Positions 19,672 to 29,169 of a DNA stretch of 64,000 bases are shown here, in pieces (position 1 is the first letter of the stretch; every line of letters begins with the position of its first letter). Made by a program: the position numbers and the translations under genes. The DNA lies in contig JASLPY010000020.1 of the NCBI GenBank assembly GCA_030744755.1, forward strand, positions 5,209 through 69,208, in the 5' to 3' direction. Under the pieces are notes generated by a model. That model had not been told where the DNA came from. It worked only from the letters and a program-made list of their open reading frames with translations, and did not search any database. This DNA comes from Kiritimatiellia bacterium. GTDB taxonomy: Bacteria > Verrucomicrobiota > Kiritimatiellia > UBA8416 > JADHWI01.

Positions 19672-21056
19672 CTTTCCTCTGCTGCCGGCACGGCATCGTT
19701 GTCCCGCTTTTCCTGGGCGGCCAACGCCGCAAGCATCGCGGCCACGCGATCGGGCTGTTCTGCAGACAGATCTTCCTTCTCGTTGGGGTCCGCATAGAGA
19801 TCGAACAGCTCTACCTTGTCCCCTCCTTTGCGGCGGTGGACAACGAGTTTCCAGCGCCTTTGACGCAGAGCGGCCGATCTTCTGTCTACGCCCTGGCAAT
19901 AGAGCTCGCGGCTTGCCAACACCGGGCCATCCTCTCCTATGAGCGTGGGCCAGATGTTGACGCCATCCCACTTGGCCCCTTTGGCCTCCGGGATGCCCAG
20001 CAACGCACAGATCGTCGGCATCCAGTCAATCACGTGAACCGGCGTGGAGACTTTTGCGGGCTTCAATACCTTCGGCCAGTTGGCCAGAGCAGGCACACGG
20101 ATACCGCCTTCGTAAACCTGGGTCTTCCACCCGCGCAATGGATGATTCAGTCCCTTGATCGGACTGTTGGCCTTGCCGCCAGGATAAGCGCGGCTGCCGT
20201 CCCCATTGGTTCCGCCGTTGTCAGAGAAGATGATGGTCAAGGTATTCTCACGCTGCCCGGTCCGTTCAAGCGCGTCGATCATCTTGCCGATCACGGCATC
20301 CATGTGCTGAACACAGGCGGCGTATTGTCGACGGCCCGATTCGATATGGGAAGCACTGTCCAGCCACTCCTGCGGCTCATCAAACGGATCGTGAACAGCT
20401 GTGAAGGGCACGTAGATAAAGAACGGTCCGGCATGCCTGGCCTCAATGAACTTCACGGCCTCCGCGCCGATCAAGTCGGTCACGTGGCCCTCTTCCTCGA
20501 TCAGTTTGTCGTTGCGATGCCAGGTCCGGTCGTAGGTTGTCCCCTTGTACCGATGGTTATAGGGATGCACCCCGCCGGCCAGGGAACCGTGCGAATGGTC
20601 GAAGCCGAATTTCTTAGGCCCCCATTCGGGCTTGGAGCCAAGGTGCCACTTACCGGTGATGTAGGTGGTGTAGCCCACCTGCTTGAGCGCGCGGGCCAAA
20701 GTCCAGGTCTTCCACGGCAACACACGCTCGTTGCTTGGAGTGGTGTTACCGAACCGGCTCCAATACCGCCCGGTCAACAGCGCAGCACGTGTCGGTGTAC
20801 ACATCGGCGCCACATAGTGTTGGTCGAGTTCGACCCCCTCACGCGCCAGCCGGTCAAGGTTGGGCGTTTTGATAGGCGAACCGTGATACCCCACATCGGC
20901 CCAGCCTTGATCGTCGGAGACGATCAGGAGAATGTTGGGCTTCGTAGCAGCAGCCATGCTGACTGTCATGCATGCAAGCAAGCCCATGCACCAGAGCGCT
21001 CTGCGCACGGTGCAGGCCAAGCATGCTGCGATGATTGCGGTTTGTCTTTCTCTCAC
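19668..21056 (-). CDS. Arylsulfatase (S1 formylglycine-dependent sulfatase)
   Basis: KPNILLIVSDDQG, CTPTRAALLTG, GKWHLG, FSDNG, YEGGIRVP. Confidence 0.95.
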   Translation of the reverse strand: MRERQTAIIAACLACTVRRALWCMGLLACMTVSMAAATKPNILLIVSDDQGWADVGYHGSPIKTPNLDRLAREGVELDQHYVAPMCTPTRAALLTGRYWSRFGNTTPSNERVLPWKTWTLARALKQVGYTTYITGKWHLGSKPEWGPKKFGFDHSHGSLAGGVHPYNHRYKGTTYDRTWHRNDKLIEEEGHVTDLIGAEAVKFIEARHAGPFFIYVPFTAVHDPFDEPQEWLDSASHIESGRRQYAACVQHMDAVIGKMIDALERTGQRENTLTIIFSDNGGTNGDGSRAYPGGKANSPIKGLNHPLRGWKTQVYEGGIRVPALANWPKVLKPAKVSTPVHVIDWMPTICALLGIPEAKGAKWDGVNIWPTLIGEDGPVLASRELYCQGVDRRSAALRQRRWKLVVHRRKGGDKVELFDLYADPNEKEDLSAEQPDRVAAMLAALAAQEKRDNDAVPAAEER

Positions 21057-21069
21057 GAGGTTCAGCCTC

Positions 21070-21351
21070 TCATCCCCCCAACGAAATCACTCCCACCAGC
21101 AAGAGTATCACACCGATCGCCGCGACGCATGAAATTACGAAACCGACGGTGTCCGTCCGGTTCCACTTGTTGAACTCCCAGTCCGATCCCGGGCCGAACA
21201 GGTTGCGGTCGTCAAAGCGGCGCGGATTGGCGTACGACAGTTCGAGCTGACGCACATCTTCCTCCGGATCGCTTTCAACCGGGGTTTTCATCTTCACGAA
21301 GAAGCGGTCGAGTACTGCCCTGTCATCCCGGCGCGTCAAGCACACCCCTAT
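21070..21351 (-). pseudogene. C-terminal remnant of a sodium:solute symporter (SSS)
   Basis: LDRFFVKMKTPV..DPEED...SYANPRRFD..LF.PGSDWEF.KW followed by a final TM helix resembles PVC SSS C-termini; no plausible start. Confidence 0.65.
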
Positions 21352-21412
21352 TTCCGCACAGAAACTAAGTAGACAGATTGATCTCCACTGTGGAAGAGAG
21401 CGCACGTATCAC

Positions 21413-21462
21413 ACGCCTTACGGCGTTAACTACGAACGTTTGTAGTTAAGCCCGTAAGGGCT
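21413..21462. repeat. GTAG-family REP doublet
   Basis: Minus strand GTAG-TTA-ACGCC-GTAA-GGCGT and plus strand GTAG-TTA-AGCCC-GTAA-GGGCT, 8-nt spacer. Confidence 0.7.
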
Positions 21463-21610
21463 GTTCCAAGGGTGTCATACCCCCACCGCAAACGAGATAG
21501 TGAATCGTTTCAGACAGCCTGCGCAAATCGTGGCATGATCGACGCATAATACGCCTTCTCTATTCCCCCAAATGCTGCAATAATTGAATCATCATGCAGA
21601 GGACGCCAGA

Positions 21611-22747
21611 ATGACCGAACACAACAATGGCCTGTTACCCGCCGACATAGTGCTTGCGCCTGAATGGTGGCATGCGCAAGAGGGGATTTCCTTTGATCGC
21701 GATTTTTTCTTTCATCCTGCACGCCGCGTTGAGGATGAGCAGAAGATGGAACGGGCGCTCTACGAGCGCTGGGGCGCATTCGGCCTTGGTGACAATCGCA
21801 ATGAACGCCGGGCCGAGATCGGCGCGGTTCACCTCGCGGCCGGCTACCTGGTCAGCGAGATGCTCGGATGCCGCGTGGAATATAGCGAGAATCACCCCCC
21901 GCAAGTCATCACCGCCGAACGGGACGACCTTGAGCTCGACGTTGACGCGGCTTTCCAGTCCGAAGCCTTCCTGTCGTTGATGGCATTGGTCGATCAACTC
22001 AAGAAGAAACACTCCCGCCTGTACGGCGATATCAATTTTGGCGGCATTCTGAATGTAGCCATGGATCTGCGCGGCGAGGCCATGTTCATGGATATGTTCG
22101 ACAAGCCGGAGCAGGCCAGCGCCTTCTTCGGCAAAATTCACGAGGTCATCACGCGCTTCGTCGACTACGTACAGGGCCAGAGCGGCACATCCAGTATCAG
22201 CGTCAATCGCACTGTGCGCCATTTGCACGAGACGCTGTTCCTCCATTCTGTGTGCTCTTGCACCATGGTCTCCGCCGAAGACTACGAACGGTTCCTGCTG
22301 CCGTTCGACAGCGCCTGGTCCGAGCGGTACCGTCCCTTCGGCATTCACTACTGCGGCAACGATGCACACCGCCATGTCGAGAGCTTCGCGAAACTGCCTC
22401 ACCTGGAATTCCTCGATGTCGGCTGGGGTGGAGACGTCAAGATCCTGCGCGAACACCTGCCGGATACGTTTCTCAACATCCGCCTCTCCCCTGTCGAGCT
22501 TGTCCACCAGACCCCGGATGAGGTCTCTCAGACGATTCGCCGGCTCGCAGCAGATTCCGGCGACCTTCAGAAGACCGGCGTGTGCTGCATCAACATGGAT
22601 GCAAATGTGCCCGATGCCAACATCACCGCGATCTTCGAAACGGCGGCAACCTTGCGGTGCGAACACAAAGAGGCAGGCAACGATGCGGAAAGGGAGACGA
22701 TGAAGACGCCCAGCAGTCCCGGCATGATCTTAGGGAAGAACTCGTGA
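21611..22747 (+). CDS. URO-D/MtaA-CmuA superfamily protein (putative Zn-dependent methyltransferase)
   Basis: GILNVAMDLRGEAMFMDMFDKPE, MVSAEDYERFLLPFD, GIHYCG, late CC and NVPDANI; ATG 21611 with SD AGAGGA. Confidence 0.75.
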   Translation: MTEHNNGLLPADIVLAPEWWHAQEGISFDRDFFFHPARRVEDEQKMERALYERWGAFGLGDNRNERRAEIGAVHLAAGYLVSEMLGCRVEYSENHPPQVITAERDDLELDVDAAFQSEAFLSLMALVDQLKKKHSRLYGDINFGGILNVAMDLRGEAMFMDMFDKPEQASAFFGKIHEVITRFVDYVQGQSGTSSISVNRTVRHLHETLFLHSVCSCTMVSAEDYERFLLPFDSAWSERYRPFGIHYCGNDAHRHVESFAKLPHLEFLDVGWGGDVKILREHLPDTFLNIRLSPVELVHQTPDEVSQTIRRLAADSGDLQKTGVCCINMDANVPDANITAIFETAATLRCEHKEAGNDAERETMKTPSSPGMILGKNS

Positions 22748-22878
22748 GCCATCACGCCGATGTTGAACATCAGGTTGAACGTTCCAATCACCGCAAACAG
22801 CATGCCCACGCTTTTGCCATACCGGAGCACAAACACGTCTGAGACTGTGATGGCTCGAAAGCGCCGCATGGTAGGCGC
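22681..22878 (-). pseudogene. Internally deleted N-terminal/middle remnant of the same SSS transporter
   Basis: APTMRRFRAITVSDVFVLRYGKSVGMLFAVIG (SSS early TM region) joined in frame to HEFFPKIMPGLLGVFIVSL (SSS PGL.G...A helix). Confidence 0.6.
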
Positions 22879-22880
22879 CC

Positions 22881-22965
22881 GAGATGCCTCGGCTTCGCTC
22901 GGCATGACAGAAGACCTTAAGAATCATGTCATCTCGAGCGTAGCGTAGCGAAGTCGAGAGATCTC
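22881..22965. repeat. REP-like palindromic element
   Basis: GAGATGCCTCGGCTTCGCTCGGCATGACA ... TGTCATCTCGAGCG(TAGCGTAGCG)AAGTCGAGAGATCTC imperfect inverted pair. Confidence 0.65.
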
Positions 22966-22989
22966 ATTTGGGAACGCGGCTAAGAATCT

Positions 22990-23017
22990 TTGCATTCTGG
23001 AAACACGTGGTTAGTAT
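22990..23017 (+). promoter_or_regulatory. Putative sigma70 promoter for the 23069-32084 gene run
   Basis: TTGCAT-16 nt-TAGTAT. Confidence 0.35.
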
Positions 23018-23068
23018 GTGACAATGATTGGGCTTCTGATTGAAGGAACTGCTGCCTGAGTTAAGAAC

Positions 23069-24418
23069 ATGAAACGACGCGACTTTATGAAACTGGCTGG
23101 CGGTACGACGCTCGCCCAATTGTTCGGTGAAATCGCCGACGCATCGGAATCCGGGGAAATCGACATCCGTGCCATGTTTGAGTCGAATCGCGAGGATGCC
23201 CTCAAGCTGACCGAAGACGTTATTCAGAAATGTGTGCTCGATAAAATCGTGCCACCTGAACCTCCTTTAAGGCAGATGTGGGTACGGCCCGGTGGCCCCT
23301 ATTACAAGGGCCAGTGGATCTGGGACACCATGTTCGTGCTCGACCTGTTGAGCATCCTGCCAGGCAAGAAGAAACTCATCCGCGATATATTTCAGAACTA
23401 CTGGGATTTCCAGGACCGTTGGAACGCAGAACAACCAGACTATGCCCGGGACATGATCACCGTCGCCATCAAGACCGAACCCCAGGAGGTCCGGCAGTTC
23501 TCGCAGATCCCCATCCTGGCCTGGGGAGTGGAACGGGTATACCGGCGCAACGGTGACAAGGACTTGCTCAAACAGTGCCTGGGACGACTCGAGCGATTTC
23601 ACGAATGGTTCTGGCGCGAACGGGATGTGACCAATGTCGGGCTTGTCGCGGTAGGATCCTACAGCGGAAAGATCCAGCACGCCCGCTGGGAAACGTTTGA
23701 TTACGAATGCAACATGGATGGGCTGAAACTAACCCCCCACCCCACGCGCAAAGGGAAGAACGAAGGTGCCTGGTATGGCGACATCTGTGTGACGGGCAAC
23801 ACCTCGTACCTGGTCCTGGCCGAAAGGAGCCTCGTGCGCTTGGCGAAGATCATGGGGGACAGTGAGATGGCGGCCCGCCGCAGGCCCCGCATCGAAAAGG
23901 CCGTCGAAGCCATGCGGACGCATATGTGGGATGAAAAAGCGGGGACCTTTCTGTCAGTGAAACGGGACACGATGGAGAAAATACCGGTAGCCACCATCAG
24001 TAGCTGGATGCCGCTGACGGCTGGGGTGCCAACGAAAGCGATGGCCAGGCGCATGGCCGGTGTTCTGAGTTCACCCGCATGGCAGACCCCGCTACCGGTT
24101 CCAACCGTGGATTCGACGGACAAGCGCTGGAAATCCAAGAGCTTCTGGCGCGGTGATGTCTGGCCGCCGACCAACTACCAGATTTCGAGCGGGTTGGCCG
24201 ATTACGGTCACAGGGACCTCGCAGCCGACATAGCCGACAAGACCGTCGCCAACGCGATCAAGAATGGGATCAGCGAACACTACGACTCGGTTTCGGGAAA
24301 GCCACTCGGCGTTAAGGATTATTGCATGAGTTCCACCCTCGTGATGATGATGCTCGACGGTCTTACTCAAGAATACACATTGAAATGCCGGGACAGCAAA
24401 CAGTTCGACCGGCCATAA
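23069..24418 (+). CDS. Tat-exported GH63/MGH1-like (alpha/alpha)6 glycoside hydrolase
   Basis: Tat motif MKRRDFMK; GQWIWDT, FWRGDVWPPTNY, ISEHYD. Confidence 0.85.
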   Translation: MKRRDFMKLAGGTTLAQLFGEIADASESGEIDIRAMFESNREDALKLTEDVIQKCVLDKIVPPEPPLRQMWVRPGGPYYKGQWIWDTMFVLDLLSILPGKKKLIRDIFQNYWDFQDRWNAEQPDYARDMITVAIKTEPQEVRQFSQIPILAWGVERVYRRNGDKDLLKQCLGRLERFHEWFWRERDVTNVGLVAVGSYSGKIQHARWETFDYECNMDGLKLTPHPTRKGKNEGAWYGDICVTGNTSYLVLAERSLVRLAKIMGDSEMAARRRPRIEKAVEAMRTHMWDEKAGTFLSVKRDTMEKIPVATISSWMPLTAGVPTKAMARRMAGVLSSPAWQTPLPVPTVDSTDKRWKSKSFWRGDVWPPTNYQISSGLADYGHRDLAADIADKTVANAIKNGISEHYDSVSGKPLGVKDYCMSSTLVMMMLDGLTQEYTLKCRDSKQFDRP

Positions 24419-24485
24419 CTGTGAAGAAAGTGAACCAAAAACATTGACTGATTCTGAATGCCCATAAACGGTTAGGAAGACAGAC

Positions 24486-25964
24486 ATGAGAACGTTAGTA
24501 ACGAATAGAGAACGACTGGTGAGGATTACAATTGCTGCCATGCTCGCTGTGACGGCTGGCATACCGGCAGAAGGAAAAAGTCTTCTCCGGGATGGTTCTA
24601 CGGCTCGGCCCAACGTCTTACTCATCGCTGTTGATGATCTGAACGATTGGATCGGGTGCATGGGTGGGCACCCGCAGGCAAAGACACCGAATATGGATCG
24701 CTTGGCCGCACGTGGTGTGCTATTCATCAACGCCCACTGCCAGTCGCCGGTATGTAATCCCTCGCGGGCCAGCATGATGACCTCGCTCTACCCGGCGACC
24801 ACCGGCATTTACTTTCTCAGTCCTGACCTGGCTGCCTCCCCGGTTGCCGGAAAGAACACTCTGTTACCCCACCGGTTTCAGAAAGAGGGATATTTTGTTA
24901 CTGCGGCCGGCAAGCTGTTCCATGGAAACCAGAACAAGAAGTACATGCCCAATTATGCTGGGTCATTTGGCGGTGTCGGGCCACGGCCCAAGAAGAAACT
25001 CTGTTCCTTTCCGGGGCATCCGCTCTGGGATTGGGGTGCATTTCCGGAAAGTGACGAGGAGATGCCGGACCACAAAATAGCAGCCTGGGGCGTGGCGCAA
25101 CTGCAGAAGGAATACAACAAGCCCTTTTTCCTGGGCACCGGTTTCTACCGCCCGCATGTGCCGCAGTTTGCGCCCCGGAAATGGTTTGATATGTATCCCC
25201 TTGAATCTCTGAAGCTGCCGGCAATCATCGATAACGATCTGGGCGATCTGTCGCAGTATGCCATAGATCTGACCCGACTCAAACATGTGTCACCTACCCA
25301 TGAATGGGTGCTCAAGAACAACGAGTGGGCGCCGCTTGTCCAGTCGTACCTGGCCTGCGTAAGTTTTGTGGATCACCAGGTTGGCAAGGTATTGACGGCG
25401 TTGGAAGAGAGCCCATACAAAGACAACACGTATATTGTCCTCTACACCGATCATGGTTTTCACCTGGGAGAAAAGCAGCGCTGGGCCAAACGCAGCCTGT
25501 GGGAAAACGGCACACGGGTACCCATGATTATTGCCGGTCCCGGCGTAGCCAGGGGAAGAATCTGCAAGAAACCCGTTCAGTTGCTGGATATCTACCCTAC
25601 CCTGCTGGATGTAGCGGGTTTAGAGTCCGACCCCAAGCTTGAGGGGCAATCAATGGTGCCGTTGCTTGCAGATCCCGAGGCCAAGTGGCCGCACATGGCT
25701 CGCACCAGTTTCGGCCCCGGCAACTACGCCATCCGCTCACAGCGATATCGCTACATCCATTACAGTGACGGCACTGAAGAGTTCTACGACCACGATAAGG
25801 ATCCCCACGAATGGAAGAACCTGATCCGAGTTCCGGAGATGCAGATGCTGGTAGACAAACATCGCAAGTTCCTGCCGAAGACAAGTCATTCAATCCTTGG
25901 CAAAGGGTCGACAGGGCATGCGGCATTCGAGGCGGCAAGCGCAGCCGCAGCTTCGAAGAAATAG
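24486..25964 (+). CDS. Sulfatase (S1, iduronate-2-/choline-sulfatase-like)
   Basis: RPNVLLIAVDDLNDW, CNPSRAS, GKLFH, GFYRPHVP, TDHGFHLGEK. Confidence 0.95.
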   Translation: MRTLVTNRERLVRITIAAMLAVTAGIPAEGKSLLRDGSTARPNVLLIAVDDLNDWIGCMGGHPQAKTPNMDRLAARGVLFINAHCQSPVCNPSRASMMTSLYPATTGIYFLSPDLAASPVAGKNTLLPHRFQKEGYFVTAAGKLFHGNQNKKYMPNYAGSFGGVGPRPKKKLCSFPGHPLWDWGAFPESDEEMPDHKIAAWGVAQLQKEYNKPFFLGTGFYRPHVPQFAPRKWFDMYPLESLKLPAIIDNDLGDLSQYAIDLTRLKHVSPTHEWVLKNNEWAPLVQSYLACVSFVDHQVGKVLTALEESPYKDNTYIVLYTDHGFHLGEKQRWAKRSLWENGTRVPMIIAGPGVARGRICKKPVQLLDIYPTLLDVAGLESDPKLEGQSMVPLLADPEAKWPHMARTSFGPGNYAIRSQRYRYIHYSDGTEEFYDHDKDPHEWKNLIRVPEMQMLVDKHRKFLPKTSHSILGKGSTGHAAFEAASAAAASKK

Positions 25965-26036
25965 CGCGATTATCAGTCCCTGGGAAGAGGGTACTGAAAC
26001 AAGAAAAGTGCAGATGTTAACCAGAAAGAAGAACAG

Positions 26037-27884
26037 ATGAACAAGATGTCTTTGGCCATGTTTATTGCTGCCTGTATCGCTTTAGGTCCTGTTTCGGACA
26101 ACTGTGCGGAAGATATGTATCCATTGAAAAAGAACCGAAAGCTCTCACCCGGCAATACCACCTATTATATTAACCCGGCAGCTGGGAACGATAGTAGTTC
26201 CGGCTTAAAAGAAGACCTCGCATGGCGCACATTCAGCCACATCAATCGCTTGCTTCTTTCCCGCGGGGACAAAGTGAAGGTCGTTTCGCCAGGATCATTT
26301 GACCAGACGCTTATGCTCATGGGCACAGGAACCGCTGGAGCTCCCGTTGAAATCAGCTTTGCCCCCGGTCGCTATGACTTCCATCCCGGCAGGGCTTTGA
26401 AGCGAAAATACCAGATATCCAACACGAACGGTGAACCGGATATCGGAAAAGCAATTGGAATTCTCCTGGAGGGAGCAAAGCATTTCAGGGTTTCCGGTCC
26501 TGGCGCGTACATTGTCTATCGCGGCAAGATGATTGAGGTCTGCATAGATAGTTGTGATAACATATCAATATCCGACCTTCACTTTGATTACCATCGCCCT
26601 ACGGTCTCAGAGTTCAGGGTAGCAGGCATTGGCGATGGGTACGCGGATCTGGAAATCCACAAAGACTCGCTGTACACAATCGAAAACGGACTCATCACGT
26701 GGAAGGGCGAAGGATGGAGCTATTCAACTGGTCTTGCCCAGGAGCTCGATCTGAGCACGAGTGAGGTACGTCGCCGGCGCGATCCTCTGAAAGGAATGAC
26801 GCTGGAAGAGACCAAGCCGTTCCAGGTCCGTGCCCGCGGAGAGCATGGTATGAAACTGGATCGGATTTACCAGATACGCAATACCCTGCGGGATTGCGCC
26901 GGCGTCTTTACCCGTCGCAGCAGGAACATCACGTGGAAGAATGTGAGATTTCAGTATCTGCATGGAATGGGCCTGGTAAATCAGTTCTCCGAAAACCTCA
27001 CCTTCGATACAATTGCCGTCGCCCCCGACAAGACAAGCGGCCGAACGACCGCTGCATGGGCCGACTGTATCCAGGTCTCAGGCTGCAAGGGCAAGCTGCT
27101 GGTAAAGGACTGCCTCTTTTCAGGGGCCCATGATGATGCCATAAACATCCACGGAACACATCTGCGCGTTGTTGAGTGTATCTCCGACAAGCAGATAAAG
27201 GTGCGATTTATGCATCCCCAGACTTTTGGGTTTATGGCCTTTAACCCGGGGGATGATATCGAGTTTGTTGCCTGGGATTCGCTGAAGACTTATGGTCCAA
27301 ACAATGTCAAAGACGCGAAGCTACTCAATCCAAAAGAGCTCCTGCTTACATTGGAGAACCCCGTACCATCGGCGTTCAAAGAGAATGATGCCGTGGAGAA
27401 TATCACCTGGACTCCCGAAGTGGAAATCCGCGGTTGTACCGTGTCACGGATTCCCACTCGAGGCTTCCTTATAACAACGCGACGTAAAGTACTGGTTGAA
27501 GACAATGATTTTCTCAGGACACATATGAGCGCCATTCTTCTGGAGGACGACGCAAAGGGCTGGTACGAGTCGGGTTGTGTACGCGACATGACCATCCGCA
27601 AGAACAGGTTTGTTCTCTGTGCCGAACCGGTGATAAATATAAATCCCCAAAACAGCGTCGCGAATGACTCAGTTCACCAGAACATTCGAATCGAGAATAA
27701 TGACTTCCTGCTCCGAGGCACGACAAGCGTCAGGGCCAAGAGCACAAGAGGTTTGAGCGTTACCGGCAACACAGTATATTCAGAAGAACAGGCTGATGAT
27801 GGAGTGGCTATAGAGACTAGCGATTGCTCAGACTTGAAAATGGAGAAGAATCGCTACTTACCGTTATCGAAATGGAACAAGTAG
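26037..27884 (+). CDS. Alpha-1,3-galactosidase, GH110 (parallel beta-helix)
   Basis: FDYHRPTVSE, YLHGMG..QFSEN, ADCIQVSGCKG, HDDAINIHGT, ENITWTP, WYESG; signal peptide. Confidence 0.88.
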   Translation: MNKMSLAMFIAACIALGPVSDNCAEDMYPLKKNRKLSPGNTTYYINPAAGNDSSSGLKEDLAWRTFSHINRLLLSRGDKVKVVSPGSFDQTLMLMGTGTAGAPVEISFAPGRYDFHPGRALKRKYQISNTNGEPDIGKAIGILLEGAKHFRVSGPGAYIVYRGKMIEVCIDSCDNISISDLHFDYHRPTVSEFRVAGIGDGYADLEIHKDSLYTIENGLITWKGEGWSYSTGLAQELDLSTSEVRRRRDPLKGMTLEETKPFQVRARGEHGMKLDRIYQIRNTLRDCAGVFTRRSRNITWKNVRFQYLHGMGLVNQFSENLTFDTIAVAPDKTSGRTTAAWADCIQVSGCKGKLLVKDCLFSGAHDDAINIHGTHLRVVECISDKQIKVRFMHPQTFGFMAFNPGDDIEFVAWDSLKTYGPNNVKDAKLLNPKELLLTLENPVPSAFKENDAVENITWTPEVEIRGCTVSRIPTRGFLITTRRKVLVEDNDFLRTHMSAILLEDDAKGWYESGCVRDMTIRKNRFVLCAEPVININPQNSVANDSVHQNIRIENNDFLLRGTTSVRAKSTRGLSVTGNTVYSEEQADDGVAIETSDCSDLKMEKNRYLPLSKWNK

Positions 27885-28016
27885 GCAGTTGAAAGTAACA
27901 GGGAATAGTTTGGCTCGAAACGAATCGCTAGAGAGGTTTTTTTGACAGGATTTGGGATGATTGAAGATGATCAGAGGGATCCTCCTCCGCCCCGCGGTCG
28001 CGGGACTACGGCTGTT

Positions 28017-29168
28017 ATGAAAGTAGCTCTTAGAATAACGGTTACCTGGTTGGTTTTGGGTTGTCCTCTAATCAGCTCTGCAGAACTGCCCTCGAACAAT
28101 AACCCGGACAACCAGATCCGCTTTGCAACTTCGGAAGGGGCCGCCGCGCGGAGAGCACAGTTGGTACGTTTTATCTGGGCCGGGGGGCTTCCGGAGAAAC
28201 GCCTTCCGAAAGTGACCGAAGATGTCGGCGCCGAAGCGTTCAAAGAGCATCTTAAAGGCCTTGATCAATCACTCGTCGCTCGGGTCGACCGGCTCGAGGT
28301 AGACATACTGGGCATCACATCACGAAGCTACTTGATACATCCGGCAAAGAGTTCCGAGCGCCCCCGGCTGGGCATTGTGCATGCAGGTCACTCACCGCCG
28401 GGGAATTACATAAAAACCGACTACATCGATTCGATTCATATCTTCCTCAAGAGGGGGGGTTCCGCCGCGATGATGCACATGCCGCAGCGTGGCTGGAATG
28501 ACGATAAGACCGCAAAGCTGCCGAACGGAAAAGAGCCCGTAATAGGCTTCCGCGGCGCACATGCCTCCCACGCTGCCGTCGTGAAGCTCCCTGATCATGA
28601 TTCGAGCCTTGCGCCGGGAGCGGGGTTTCAGCCCTTCCTGGAGCCTGTGATCCTGTGCATCAATCATTGGGCCGCCATCAGCAAGGGTGAACCTGACGTG
28701 ACGATGATCGGCCTGTCAGGAGGAGGTTGGACTACGCACATGGCGGCCGCCCTCGATATGCGAATACGGCTGAGCGTTCCGGTTGCCGGATCGTATCCTC
28801 TGTATCTTCGGAACAAGGATAAGGGTTCAGTGGGTGACCTGGAGCAGTTCTTTGGACCGATGTACAACGAAGACATTGCACCGGACGGTTCGGGGGGCGG
28901 TGTCGCCACATGGTTGGAGGTCTATGCGCTCGGCGGGCATGGCAAGGGACGCCGGCAAATAATGGTGACCGCCCGGTACGACAGTTGCTGTTTCAGAGGC
29001 CTGCCCGAGGAAACAGTCGACACCTTCAAAGATATCGTTGCCCGGACTGTGCAAAAGCTGGGCCATGGCAAATGGGAACACGTCCTCGACACCACCCACC
29101 GCTCACACCAGATCTCCCCCTGGATACTTACAAACGTCATAGAACCAAGCCTGCGTGACAACAAATAG
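28017..29168 (+). CDS. Secreted alpha/beta-hydrolase (putative esterase)
   Basis: Start moved to ATG 28017 (signal peptide); nucleophile elbow MIGLSGGGW, YDSCCF, C-terminal HQIS. Confidence 0.7.
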   Translation: MKVALRITVTWLVLGCPLISSAELPSNNNPDNQIRFATSEGAAARRAQLVRFIWAGGLPEKRLPKVTEDVGAEAFKEHLKGLDQSLVARVDRLEVDILGITSRSYLIHPAKSSERPRLGIVHAGHSPPGNYIKTDYIDSIHIFLKRGGSAAMMHMPQRGWNDDKTAKLPNGKEPVIGFRGAHASHAAVVKLPDHDSSLAPGAGFQPFLEPVILCINHWAAISKGEPDVTMIGLSGGGWTTHMAAALDMRIRLSVPVAGSYPLYLRNKDKGSVGDLEQFFGPMYNEDIAPDGSGGGVATWLEVYALGGHGKGRRQIMVTARYDSCCFRGLPEETVDTFKDIVARTVQKLGHGKWEHVLDTTHRSHQISPWILTNVIEPSLRDNK

Positions 29169-29169
29169 T

